Of a stretch of DNA of 64,000 bases, positions 1 through 9,307 are shown piece after piece (position 1 is the stretch's first letter; every line of letters begins with the position of its first letter). Position numbers and translations under genes: made by a program. Origin of the DNA: Candidatus Methylomirabilales bacterium (GTDB lineage Bacteria; Methylomirabilota; Methylomirabilia; Methylomirabilales; CSP1-5); NCBI GenBank assembly GCA_046758505.1, contig JBHIAH010000002.1, positions 32,001-96,000 of the forward strand. Direction: 5' to 3'. The notes under the pieces were generated by a model. That model worked only from the letters and a program-made list of their open reading frames with translations, did not search any database and had not been told where the DNA came from.

Positions 1-72
1 ATCGACAATGGCGGCATAGTCGAGGCTGAGGAGGGTGTTCCCGGCATCGAAGAAGACGGCCTTCAGCGTCAC
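1..72 (-). CDS. HAD-family hydrolase, N-terminus only (runs off the window edge)
   Basis: Manual translation from GTG at 72 gives MTLKAVFFDAGNTLLSLDYAAIVD, which has the HAD motif I pattern (hhhDxxxTL). The start overlaps the upstream gene's stop (GTGA). Confidence 0.75.
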   Translation of the reverse strand, partial: MTLKAVFFDAGNTLLSLDYAAIVD

Positions 73-1019
73 CCCTGCCCCCCCATTGCGACATCATAGA
101 GCTCTCGGGCGAGGGCGGCGATCGCCCCAGCCCCCTCGACCCCCGCGTGCCAGCCAGCGGGAACGCCCGCAAGTCCGGCCCGGGCGCCACTCCAGGCCCC
201 GGTGATCGCGCCGGCCGTATCAGTATCGCCGCCGCCCCGGACGGCCGCCGTGACCGCACGCGCAAAGTCATCCGGCGCATGGAAGAAGCAGAAGGCGGAC
301 CGCGCCACGGTCTCCACGACGTACCCCCCGACTCCCAAGGCCTCGCTTGCCTGCAGGGGATTGGCCCCGCGTTCCAACAGTTCCCGGCTCCGGTGCAAGT
401 TTTCGGCCACCCGACTGCCGGCCACAAACTCCCCCATGGCCTGGAACAGTTCGTCTCCCGGCGACGCCCCGGCCACCAGGCGGGCGGCGAGAAAGGCCAC
501 CGCCTGGCTTCCGGCAACGGCCTCGGCGTTCCGATGCGTGATCCCGGCGTCGAGGGCACACGCCTCCCGGAGCGCCGCCAGATCGTGGTGATAGAACAGC
601 CCCAGGGGGGCAGCCCGCATGGCCGTCCCGTTCCCCGCGGCCTCCTCACCCTCCATCCCGCTGTTCCACCAGCCGGCCCCCGCCTCGAGGCGGCCCAGGG
701 CCCTGCGGGTGGTCGCCCCGATCCCCCGGACGTCCTCGGACCGAAACCAGGCGAGATACTCCCGGGCGATGTCTTCGGGGTCGGCCCGGCCGCGGCGGAC
801 GAGGCTCCTGGCGAGACAGAGACTCATCTGGGTATCGTCGGTCCACTGCCCCGCCCCGAGCCCCCGGTGGGCGCTTTCGTGCAGCCCCCCGACCTGATCC
901 AGAACCGGGCCCACCACCCACGCGGGAAAGCCCTCGAAGGGCATCCCCAGTGCATCGCCGATGGCAAGGCCCAGGAGACAGCCCTGGAAGTGATCCACGA
1001 GGGACAGGATGGGGGGCAT
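69..1019 (-). CDS. ADP-ribosylglycohydrolase (DraG/ARH family)
   Basis: GLAIGDALG, WTDDTQM, GNGTAMR and GGDTDT motifs; 316 aa. Confidence 0.92.
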   Translation of the reverse strand: MPPILSLVDHFQGCLLGLAIGDALGMPFEGFPAWVVGPVLDQVGGLHESAHRGLGAGQWTDDTQMSLCLARSLVRRGRADPEDIAREYLAWFRSEDVRGIGATTRRALGRLEAGAGWWNSGMEGEEAAGNGTAMRAAPLGLFYHHDLAALREACALDAGITHRNAEAVAGSQAVAFLAARLVAGASPGDELFQAMGEFVAGSRVAENLHRSRELLERGANPLQASEALGVGGYVVETVARSAFCFFHAPDDFARAVTAAVRGGGDTDTAGAITGAWSGARAGLAGVPAGWHAGVEGAGAIAALARELYDVAMGGQG

Positions 1020-1044
1020 GGGGAACGATCCTTTACCGAGGATG

Positions 1045-1602
1045 TCAATCCTCGGGGGGGCGGGTCAGGGCGGCCAGGACCTGGGGGAAAATCTCCTCGG
1101 TCCGTTTCCGCAAGTCCTCAGGCCGCAGGTTGGCGATGGGGTGGGCAATGGCGATGACGGGGTATTGCGGCATCCCGAAGTTTCTGGCGTGATGACGGCC
1201 TGCCTCCTTGAATTGCTCGGTCACGATCGTTGCGGTGACCACTCCCCGTTTCTCCAACTCGATGGCGTCGTGCAAACTGCCCGACGTGCAGGAGCCTCAC
1301 CCGCCGACCGCCGTGACGACCAGCTCACACCGCTCCGCGAGCTCTTCGATCAGCTCGGGGGAGGCATTCTTCGTATAGGTGTCCTTCCGGCGCCGGACGA
1401 CCGCCGCATAGACAAAGCGCTCGCTCAGCAGCTCTTCGATCACCGCCAGGATCTCATCGGCCCGCTCTTTGCTGTTGTCCAAAAACCCGATCCGCCTACC
1501 GCTGAGTTCCCGGACCCGGGGGGCAAGGGGGTAGACCTCGGTCTCTTGCTCGGCCACCGGCTCGAGCAGGATCAATCCGGTCCCGCCGCTCTGAAATGCC
1601 AT
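1045..1602 (-). CDS. UGSC-family selenoprotein, 185 aa, Sec at codon 102 (UGA 1297-1299)
   Basis: ORFs 1297..1680 and 1045..1275 are in the same frame. Reading through TGA gives VTAVGG-U-GSCTSGSLHDAIELEKRG. ATG at 1602 follows a GGGAGG RBS, and a hairpin lies just 3' of the UGA. Confidence 0.88.
1267..1285 (-). promoter_or_regulatory. Putative bacterial SECIS element of the UGSC gene
   Basis: 11 nt after UGA the mRNA reads GUCG-G-GC-AGUUU-GC-A-CGAC, a stem with one mismatch and a G-containing apical loop. Confidence 0.6.
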
Positions 1603-1698
1603 GATCACCACCCTCCCCGCGTCGCGGTCCCTCGATTCCGGGACCGCCGTCCACCGTGCACGGGCACAGAAGCGGGCCACCGGCCCGCGTTAGGTCTC

Positions 1699-2802
1699 TC
1701 ACTGGCCGTCGCAACAGCCTCCGGATGCGTGCCCATGAATCACCTTGGTGACCGCGCGGGTCCCCAGCGCTCCCCAGCCGGGAATGACCAGCGAGAACCG
1801 CCCCGCGGTCCCCCCGGCCACGATCACCAGGAGATCTTCCGGGTCGTTGACGACGGGCATCGCGGCCGCGGGATCGTTCCGATCGATCCACCGCGGCCAG
1901 TACTTCTGCCAGGTGACATCCCCGTAATACTCTCCCCCTCTCGTGAGCTCGCCGACCGGCCTCCGGGCCTCTTGAAAGAGGAAGGCTTTCACGTCGTGCT
2001 TCCGCCACCCCTCGGCGGCGATCGTGGCGGCGTGCTCCGGGCCGATCACCACCGCCATCTCTCCCCGCTTGTACATGGTGTTGTTCCCCATGGTGGCCAT
2101 GGTGTCCCCCACCGTGGTGAGGATGCCGCGCACATCCCGGCTCGTGTGATCGCTGACGTTGTGGGGGGCTTCCGCGGCGAGGACGGTGACGGTACTCTGT
2201 TCCGGCGAAAACCCCCGTTCCACGTGGAGCGGCTCCCACGGAGAAACCTCCTCGCTCTCGGCGACGCAATACGTGAACTTGCCCGGATGTCCAAAGGTCG
2301 CCTTGTCGGTGATCCCCGGGAGCCCGCCGCCGATATTGATCATGCAGAGGCGGACGGCTCGCCCGATGGTGGCGTTGGCGCGAAAGCCCTGCCCGAAACA
2401 GTTCGCCCCGTCGTTGATCTCCAGGGCGCGGCGGACCGGGCCGTTGATAATGAGGAGCGGGGCGGCGACGTGCGTCGTAGCCTGCACCCCATTGAGATTA
2501 AAGTCCTCATCCGCGATCGCCTCGACGGCTGCGACTACCACGGGAAAATACGCGGCCTGACACCCGGCCATGACCGCGTTGATGGCGATCTTTTCCAGCG
2601 TGGCCTTCCCGTACCGGGGGGCCAGAATCCCCACGACCTCGCCCGGATCCCGGTCGAGCGTGGCGAGCATCGCTTCAACCCGCTCCTCGGTGGGGGGGAC
2701 AATGGGGAGGCCGTCCGTCCACCCGCGGGCAAAGAACAGCTCGATTGCCTCGAAGGGATCTGCCGCCTCGACGCGCCTCGACCTGAGCGCCACAGTCTGC
2801 AT
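1699..2802 (-). CDS. Conserved uncharacterised protein (GWTDGLPIVPPT family, usual neighbour of UGSC proteins)
   Basis: 367 aa with strong RBS; GWTDGLPIVPPT, NAVMAGC and RANATIGRA motifs; C-terminal GGCCDGQ. Confidence 0.75.
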   Translation of the reverse strand: MQTVALRSRRVEAADPFEAIELFFARGWTDGLPIVPPTEERVEAMLATLDRDPGEVVGILAPRYGKATLEKIAINAVMAGCQAAYFPVVVAAVEAIADEDFNLNGVQATTHVAAPLLIINGPVRRALEINDGANCFGQGFRANATIGRAVRLCMINIGGGLPGITDKATFGHPGKFTYCVAESEEVSPWEPLHVERGFSPEQSTVTVLAAEAPHNVSDHTSRDVRGILTTVGDTMATMGNNTMYKRGEMAVVIGPEHAATIAAEGWRKHDVKAFLFQEARRPVGELTRGGEYYGDVTWQKYWPRWIDRNDPAAAMPVVNDPEDLLVIVAGGTAGRFSLVIPGWGALGTRAVTKVIHGHASGGCCDGQ

Positions 2803-2864
2803 CCGGTCCTCCCCTCCTTTTTTTTAATTAATTATTGCCGATGTGCCCGATGAGAGTCCCTCTT

Positions 2865-2941
2865 AGGGTAGCCCCGAGACCGAAGCCTGTCAAGGCCCTT
2901 GCACAAGAACCTTGACACCCCTTTCTTCCGCCGCCTATATT
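2865..2941. promoter_or_regulatory. Divergent sigma70-type promoters
   Basis: Minus strand: TTGACA(2893-2888)-17-TACCCT. Plus strand: TTGACA(2912-2917)-18-TATATT(2936-2941). Confidence 0.55.
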
Positions 2942-2967
2942 CCGCCCATCCTCTGCGAGGTGCGGTC

Positions 2968-4230
2968 ATGAGCCTTCCACGCATGCTGTTTATCGAGACG
3001 CGCCGACGCGGGCCGGCCTGTCCGCATGCCGCCCGCGCCACCGAACGCGCCCTGAAAGACCTTGCCCTCGCGGAACGGATCCGTCCGGGGCAGCGGGTGG
3101 CGGTTACCGCCGGCAGCCGCGGCATCGCCGAGATCCCCACCATCATGAAAGCCGTCGCCGCCGGCCTTCGCCAGCTCAAGGCAGAGCCCTGCATCATCCC
3201 GGCCATGGGGAGCCACGGCGGGGGAACGGCCGAGGGTCAGCGCCAGGTCCTCGCGCTGTACGGGATTACGGAGGAGACGATGGGGGCACCCATCCTCTCC
3301 TCGATGGAGGTCAGCGAGGTCGGTCTCACCCCGGAGGGGATTCCCGTGTACCTCGACAAGCACGCCTCGGCGGCGGATGGGATCCTCGTGCTCAACCGCG
3401 TGAAGCCCCACACCGGGTTTGCCGGGAAGATCGGCAGCGGGCTGCTCAAGATGACGGCCTTCGGGCTCGGGAAGCACCGGGGGGCCCTCACGTGTCACGA
3501 GGCCGTCATGCAGTACGGGTACGAACGGGTCATCAGGGCCGTGAGTGCCGTGCTTCTCCAACGCGCCCCGATCGTGGGGGGGATTGCCATCCTGGAAAAC
3601 AGCGACGGAGGCCTCGCTAAGGTGGTCGCCGTACCGGTCGAGGCGTTGATCAGCGCAGAGGAACGGCTCTTTCGGCAGGCCAGCCGGTGGGCGCCGCGGC
3701 TCCCCTTCGATGCGCTCGACCTCCTGATTATCGACGAGATGGGAAAGGATGTCTCCGGGACCGGCATGGATACCAACGTGATTGGACGGCGATTCAGCCT
3801 GGTCGAAAAGCCTCCCCCGAGGCCCCGGATCGCCCGGATCTTTGTCCGGGGGCTCACGACAGGGACCCGCGGCAACGCCAACGGCATCGGGCTCGCCGAG
3901 TTCACCACCGAGCGCCTGGTGCGAGCGATGGACCGGGGGACCACCTACACCAACTCCCTGACGGCCCGGACCCCGGAACACTCCCGCCTCCCGATGGCCT
4001 TTGTCAGCGACCGGGAAGTTCTGGAGGCGGCGCTCAGAACCGTCCGGGAGGCCGACCCCACGAGCGCCCGGATTGTGCGGATCAAGAACACGCTCGAGCT
4101 CAAGACCATGGTGGTCTCCGAGCCCCTCCTGCCCGAGATCCGGCAGCGCCGGGATCTCGCCCTGCGCTCGGAACCTAAAGACATCCGTTTCGATGCCGAC
4201 GGGAATCTCCTCCCATGGCCCGTGACGTAA
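2968..4230 (+). CDS. Lactate-racemase (LarA)/DUF2088-like domain protein
   Basis: IIPAMGSHGGGTAEGQ, NRVKPHT and DEMGKDVSGTGMDTNVIGR motifs; ATG at 2968 follows GAGGTG. Confidence 0.65.
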   Translation: MSLPRMLFIETRRRGPACPHAARATERALKDLALAERIRPGQRVAVTAGSRGIAEIPTIMKAVAAGLRQLKAEPCIIPAMGSHGGGTAEGQRQVLALYGITEETMGAPILSSMEVSEVGLTPEGIPVYLDKHASAADGILVLNRVKPHTGFAGKIGSGLLKMTAFGLGKHRGALTCHEAVMQYGYERVIRAVSAVLLQRAPIVGGIAILENSDGGLAKVVAVPVEALISAEERLFRQASRWAPRLPFDALDLLIIDEMGKDVSGTGMDTNVIGRRFSLVEKPPPRPRIARIFVRGLTTGTRGNANGIGLAEFTTERLVRAMDRGTTYTNSLTARTPEHSRLPMAFVSDREVLEAALRTVREADPTSARIVRIKNTLELKTMVVSEPLLPEIRQRRDLALRSEPKDIRFDADGNLLPWPVT

Positions 4231-4238
4231 CCTCCCGC

Positions 4239-4934
4239 ATGGCGACATCCTCCATTCTGAGCTTCATCCTCACGCTTGCATGGCTGGGCCTGTCCGGCTG
4301 TTCCGCGATCAAGGGCACGTATGGAGTCACAAAGGGGACGGTGAAAGGGACGGTGTGGGCGGTCAAGGGAGCGTACACCCTCACGGCGGGCACCGCGAAA
4401 CTCACGTACAAGATTGGCAAATTTACTTTCACGGTGGTGCGGGCGCCACTGGAGTGGCGCCTGACGAATGATGATATCGAAACCATCGACGGCTTGCCGC
4501 CCAAAGAGGCCATACGCCAGGGACGGGTGAAAAACGCTCCGTACGCCGTCAAGGGGAGAACGTATTATCCGATGACCGTTGCACAGGCGCAGGATTATAC
4601 GGAGGTCGGGACGGCCTCCTGGTATGGTTACGAGACCCTACGGCAGAAAGGGGGCCGCATGACGGCCAACGGAGAAGCCTTCAACCCGAGGGGCCTGACC
4701 GCAGCCCATAAGTACTTACCGCTGCCGACGAACGTGATGGTCACCAACCTGGAAAACGGCCGCTCGATCATTGTCAGAGTGAACGACCGCGGCCCGTTCC
4801 CCAGCGCCGGGAATCCGAGGTCTGGCCAAAGGATCATCGACCTCAGCCAGGGGGCCGCCAAAAGGCTGGGCTTTTACAACAAGGGCACCGCCCGCGTCCG
4901 GGTGCAAACAATCCAGCTACGAGAGGTGGGATGA
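4239..4934 (+). CDS. rlpA: Septal-ring lytic transglycosylase RlpA-family lipoprotein
   Basis: Lipobox LSGC; GTASWYG, TANGE, TAAHKYLPL, VRVNDRGP and RIIDLS motifs of the DPBB domain. Confidence 0.88.
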   Translation: MATSSILSFILTLAWLGLSGCSAIKGTYGVTKGTVKGTVWAVKGAYTLTAGTAKLTYKIGKFTFTVVRAPLEWRLTNDDIETIDGLPPKEAIRQGRVKNAPYAVKGRTYYPMTVAQAQDYTEVGTASWYGYETLRQKGGRMTANGEAFNPRGLTAAHKYLPLPTNVMVTNLENGRSIIVRVNDRGPFPSAGNPRSGQRIIDLSQGAAKRLGFYNKGTARVRVQTIQLREVG

Positions 4935-4972
4935 GGCCTTCAGGCGTCTCGGGGGTGACCCTCAATTCCCCC

Positions 4973-5001
4973 TTGACGATTAATTCAAACGACGTTAAAT
5001 T
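4973..5001 (+). promoter_or_regulatory. Sigma70-type promoter upstream of the ABC operon
   Basis: TTGACG-17-TAAATT in an AT-rich patch. Confidence 0.5.
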
Positions 5002-5296
5002 ATGGAGCCTGGCATCCCAGCGTGGAGGCGCATGTCTGGCGGCCGATGACCGGCGGAGGGTGTGTGGGCCGTTCAGGCAGGCTTAGGGAATACCGATGTC
5101 CAATCCTTTTTCCAGTCCATTGGCATCCGGGCCATTGGCGCCCGTGGAATACGAGGGCAACTCTGACCATTTTTTAGAGGGGGTGAGAATGCTGGCGTGA
5201 TACGGGCAGGGCGTTCAGGACCTTTCCGGGACCTCCATCGGGTTTCGGAGAGCGCGTCGGTTTCGAACACTGTTATAGTTTAAGGAGGTACCACGC

Positions 5297-6541
5297 ATGT
5301 TCACACGACTCAAAAACGCTACCTGGTGGGCGCTCGGCGCCGTCGCGGTGGCCTGTATGGCGGTCGCGCCCGCCAGCGCCAAGGTCGTCGGCGACACCAT
5401 TGTTTTCGGGGCTGCCCTGTCGTTTAGCGGCAAGTACTCGACCAACGGCAAGCACGCCAAAAACGGCTACGAGCTCGCGGCCGAGCGCATCAACGGCATG
5501 GGCGGTGTCAAGGTCGGCGGCAAATACTACAACGTCAAGATCAAGTATTACGACGACGAGTCGACGCCGGCGCGCGGCGCCCAGCTCGCCGAACGCCTGA
5601 TTCTCCAGGACGAAATCAAGTTCATGCTGGGCCCGTACAGCTCGGGCCTGACCAAGGCCATCGCCCCGGTGACCGAGAAATACAAGATCCCGATGGTCGA
5701 AGGGAACGGCGCCTCGCGCGGCCTGTTCAACAAGGGCTACAAGTACATTTTCGCCGTCCTCTCGACCTCGGATTACTACCTGAAGGAGGCCATCAACCTG
5801 GCCGCCGAGGTCGCGCAGAAGGCCGGCAAGAGTCCCAAGAGTGTCAAGGTGGCGGTGGCCGTCGAGAACGATCCGTTCTCGCAGGATATCCGTGCCGGCG
5901 TCCTCGAGGACGCCAAGCGGTGGGGGATGCGGGTCGTAATCGACGACAAGCTCCCGCCGGAGCTGAACGACATGGCGGCAACGCTCACCAAGGTGAAGGC
6001 CCTCAGGCCCGACGTCCTGATCGTCTCGGGCCATTCCAAGGGCGCGACGCTCGCCATCCGCCAGGTCTCGGACATGAAAGTCGACGTGCCGATGCTCGCC
6101 ATTACCCACTGCGAGGCGGCCAAGGTGACCAAGAATTTCGGCCCAAAGGCCGACTATACGCTGTGCGCCGCCCAGTGGGCGCCACCCCTTACGTACAAGG
6201 ACAAGTGGTTCGGCTCGGCCGGCGACTACGCCAAGACGTTCGAGAAGAAGTACGGTTACGTGCCCCCGTACCAGGCGGCCGAGTCGACGGCGGCCGTGCT
6301 GGTCTACGCCGATGCCATCGAACGGGCGGGCTCGTTTAACCTCGAGAAAATCCGCACGGCGCTGGCCGCCACCGATATTCAGACGTTTTACGGCAACGTG
6401 AAGTTCGACAAGACCGGCAAGAATACCGCCAAGCCCATGGTGCTCCGCCAGATTCAGAACGGGAAGTACAAGGTGGTGGCACCGACCAAGTGGGCAAGTG
6501 GAAAGCTGATCCACCCGCGGCCCAAGTGGAGCCAGCGGTAA
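5297..6541 (+). CDS. Branched-chain amino acid-type ABC transporter substrate-binding protein (LivK-like)
   Basis: Signal peptide; PBP1 motifs (LSFSGKYS, YYDDESTP, LGPYSSG); AAGGAGG RBS. Confidence 0.9.
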   Translation: MFTRLKNATWWALGAVAVACMAVAPASAKVVGDTIVFGAALSFSGKYSTNGKHAKNGYELAAERINGMGGVKVGGKYYNVKIKYYDDESTPARGAQLAERLILQDEIKFMLGPYSSGLTKAIAPVTEKYKIPMVEGNGASRGLFNKGYKYIFAVLSTSDYYLKEAINLAAEVAQKAGKSPKSVKVAVAVENDPFSQDIRAGVLEDAKRWGMRVVIDDKLPPELNDMAATLTKVKALRPDVLIVSGHSKGATLAIRQVSDMKVDVPMLAITHCEAAKVTKNFGPKADYTLCAAQWAPPLTYKDKWFGSAGDYAKTFEKKYGYVPPYQAAESTAAVLVYADAIERAGSFNLEKIRTALAATDIQTFYGNVKFDKTGKNTAKPMVLRQIQNGKYKVVAPTKWASGKLIHPRPKWSQR

Positions 6542-6606
6542 CCCTTTGACCCAGGCGCCCGCTCCTGTCGGTCCCAATTGCAGGGGTGGGCGCCGCTTTT
6601 ACGTGT

Positions 6607-7509
6607 ATGCTCGAGAATCTCACCCTCTTGTTCCAGGCCCCGATTCTGTCGGTGCAACTGCTCGTTGACGGCGTGCTGATCGGCGCCATCTTCGCCCTGG
6701 CCGCCTACGGGATGGCCCTGGTCTGGGGCGTGATGGACATCATCAATATCGCCCAGGGCGAATTCGTGATGCTGGGCGGCTACGTGACGGTCTTCCTCGC
6801 CGCCGCGGGGGTGCACCCGCTCCTCACCGTTCCCGCGGCGGCGGCGGCGCTCTACGTCCTCGGCTGGGTACTCTACCGCCTGGTCGTCTTTCGGATCGTG
6901 GACAAGGACATGTTCATCTCGATCCTGGCCACCTTCGGCATCAGCATCGTGTTGCAGCAGCTCGCCAACGAGCTGTTCGGGGCCGACGTGCGGACCGCCG
7001 AATCCGGCCTCGGCACCCTCTTCTTCGCCGACGGCATGGTGACGATCGGCGAGATCAAACTGGTCGCCTTCGTCGCCGCCCTGTTCCTCGGCGCGGCGCT
7101 AGTCCTCTTTCTGAAGCGGTCGCGCCTCGGCCAGGCGATCCGGGCCACCGCGCAAAACGCGCGCGCCGCCCGCATCATGGGCATCAACACCGACCGCGTC
7201 TATGCCACGACCTTTGGGCTAAATGCGGCGATCTGCGGCGCGGCCGGGAGCTTGGTGGTGATGACCTGGCTGGTCCACCCCTACCTGGGGCTCTCCTTTA
7301 CGCTCCGCTCCTTCATGATCGTGATCGTCGCCGGCCTGGGGAACCTGGCGGGCGTCGTCCTCGCCAGCTTCGGCCTGGGTGCCGCCGAGAATTTCGCGGG
7401 GTTTCTGTTGGGCACGGAATATCAGAACGCCTTCGTCTTCTCGCTGCTCGTGGTGATCCTGGTGTGGCGGAACTTCCGATTGAGCCGCCAACGGAAGTAC
7501 CTGAAATGA
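6607..7509 (+). CDS. livH: Liv-type ABC permease (LivH-like)
   Basis: GMALVWGVMDIINIAQGEF and GQAIRATAQN motifs; multiple TM helices. Confidence 0.88.
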   Translation: MLENLTLLFQAPILSVQLLVDGVLIGAIFALAAYGMALVWGVMDIINIAQGEFVMLGGYVTVFLAAAGVHPLLTVPAAAAALYVLGWVLYRLVVFRIVDKDMFISILATFGISIVLQQLANELFGADVRTAESGLGTLFFADGMVTIGEIKLVAFVAALFLGAALVLFLKRSRLGQAIRATAQNARAARIMGINTDRVYATTFGLNAAICGAAGSLVVMTWLVHPYLGLSFTLRSFMIVIVAGLGNLAGVVLASFGLGAAENFAGFLLGTEYQNAFVFSLLVVILVWRNFRLSRQRKYLK

Positions 7510-8567
7510 CGGACACCACCCGGCACGTCCTCCCCTACGCGCTGATCGGCCTCGGTGGCGTGCTCGCCCCCTTTATCGCCCCGGCGTATCTGGTCCAGCT
7601 CGGGTTGCTCTGGATGATGGTCCTCTTCGCCCTCACCTGGGACCTCGGGGGCGGACAGATGGGCTACAATTCGTTCGGCAACGTCCTGTTCTTCGGGATC
7701 GGCTGTTATGTCCCTGCCCTGGTGCAGCGAGGGCTGTACTTCAAGGTCGAGGAGTATACCAATGTCCGACCGGAAGACATCACGTTCTCCCTCACATCCT
7801 CCCAGTACCTTGCCGGCCTCGCCCTCGGCCTGGCCCTCGCTGTGGTGATCGCGGTGGCCGTGGGGGCAATACTGGGCTCGGGCATCCTGGCGCTCAGGGG
7901 ACACTACTTCGCCATCGCCACCCTCGGTGTCGGGATCGCCGCGGGTGAGCTTGCAAACGGGTGGGACTATGTCGGTTCCGGCTCAGGCATGCTCGCCCCG
8001 ATCTACCCGGGGCCACCCGGCGCCAGCGAGGTCTTCTTTTACTATCTCTTTTTTGCCCTTGCGGTGACCTGCTTCTTTACCCTCAAGTGGCTGTACGCGG
8101 GCCATTTCGGGCTAGCCATCAACGCCATCCGCGACGACGAGGACAAGGCCGAGGCCATGGGCATCCACACCACCCGCTACAAAACAGTGGCGTGGTGCGT
8201 CGCGGCCTTCTTCCTGGCCCTGGCGGGCGGCGCGTTCGGCCATCTGAACAATTTCATCGACCGAGACGTGGCCTTCCCCGCCGCCACCTTCGGCGTATGG
8301 ATGGTGCTGATGGCGATCCTGGGCGGCAAGGGGACGATCTGGGGTCCGGTGATCGGCGCGGCGGTCTTCCACGTCACGCAGGAGCTCACCTGGACCTATC
8401 TGTTCGGCTGGCAGCGGGTGGCCCTCGGCGCGCTCATCGTCGTCATCGTGGTATTCTTCCCGCTCGGCATCATGGGATGGCTCCGCGAACAGTGGCCCGA
8501 AAAGTTCGGCGAGAAAGTCGATCTCGAGGCCCGCACCGCGCCCGTCTCGCTTCGGGAGAGCCGATGA
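7506..8567 (+). CDS. livM: Liv-type ABC permease (LivM-like)
   Basis: LRGHYFAIATLG, AIRDDEDKAEAMGI and ILGGKGTIWGP motifs; ATGA overlap with livH. Confidence 0.88.
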   Translation: MTDTTRHVLPYALIGLGGVLAPFIAPAYLVQLGLLWMMVLFALTWDLGGGQMGYNSFGNVLFFGIGCYVPALVQRGLYFKVEEYTNVRPEDITFSLTSSQYLAGLALGLALAVVIAVAVGAILGSGILALRGHYFAIATLGVGIAAGELANGWDYVGSGSGMLAPIYPGPPGASEVFFYYLFFALAVTCFFTLKWLYAGHFGLAINAIRDDEDKAEAMGIHTTRYKTVAWCVAAFFLALAGGAFGHLNNFIDRDVAFPAATFGVWMVLMAILGGKGTIWGPVIGAAVFHVTQELTWTYLFGWQRVALGALIVVIVVFFPLGIMGWLREQWPEKFGEKVDLEARTAPVSLRESR

Positions 8568-9307
8568 GCCCGATCCTCGAAGTAAGCGACGTCTCCAAGT
8601 CGTTCGGCGGCGTCGTCGCCAACGACCATGTCAGCCTGAATGTCCCCCAAGGACGCATCATCGGTCTCATCGGGCCGAACGGCTCGGGCAAGACGACGCT
8701 GTTCAACTCGATCGTCGGCTACCACCCCATCGATACCGGCTCCATCACATTCGAGGGGCACACGATCTCCAAGCTGCGCGTACCCGAGGTCGCCCGCCTG
8801 GGCCTCTTGCGCACCTTTCAGCAGACCCGGATCTACGGCAAGATGAGCTGCCTGCAAAACATGGAGATCAGTCTCCCTCACACACACGAGGGACTGCGAA
8901 CCATGTTCGCCAAATTCTCGCCCGAGGTGACGCAGCGGGCGGAAGATCTTCTCGAGTTCGTGGGGCTCTACCCCAAACGTCACCTGCGGGCCGGGGAGCT
9001 GTCGTTCGGCCAGCAGAAACTGTTGGAACTCGCCATGGCCCTGATGAACGAGCCGAAGCTCTTGTTGCTCGATGAGCCGACGGCAGGGGTCAATCCGGTC
9101 CTGATCAACAGCCTGATCGACCGGCTCAAGCGCATCAATTCCGAGATCGGGGTGACGTTGTTCGTGATCGAGCACAATATACGCGTGATCATGAACCTGG
9201 CCGAGCATATCTATTGCCTGGCCCACGGCCAGTTGCTGGCCGAGGGTCCCCCCGATGCGATTCGCACCGATCAACGCGTCATCGACGCCTACCTGGGAGC
9301 CCAGTGA
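8564..9307 (+). CDS. livG: Liv-type ABC ATP-binding protein (LivG-like)
   Basis: Walker A GPNGSGKT, signature LSFGQQK, Walker B LLLDEP; real start MSPILEV. Confidence 0.9.
   Translation: MSPILEVSDVSKSFGGVVANDHVSLNVPQGRIIGLIGPNGSGKTTLFNSIVGYHPIDTGSITFEGHTISKLRVPEVARLGLLRTFQQTRIYGKMSCLQNMEISLPHTHEGLRTMFAKFSPEVTQRAEDLLEFVGLYPKRHLRAGELSFGQQKLLELAMALMNEPKLLLLDEPTAGVNPVLINSLIDRLKRINSEIGVTLFVIEHNIRVIMNLAEHIYCLAHGQLLAEGPPDAIRTDQRVIDAYLGAQ

Noticed and set aside
1297..1299. Nonsense-mutation pseudogene reading of the two UGA-split genes (also 58012-58014)
   Set aside because: Both stops are TGA at redox-Cys positions (UxxC, CxxU) and are followed by similar hairpins, which favours selenocysteine.
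1009..2853. 614-aa plus-strand ORF and similar long antisense ORFs (e.g. 18843-20741, 34292-37624, 39440-41674, 58501-60303)
   Set aside because: Shadow frames opposite well-supported genes in high-GC DNA; no recognisable motifs.
5003..5296. Glycine or guanidine (ykkC) riboswitch
   Set aside because: Only short fragments resemble the consensus; the conserved cores were not found in the correct order.
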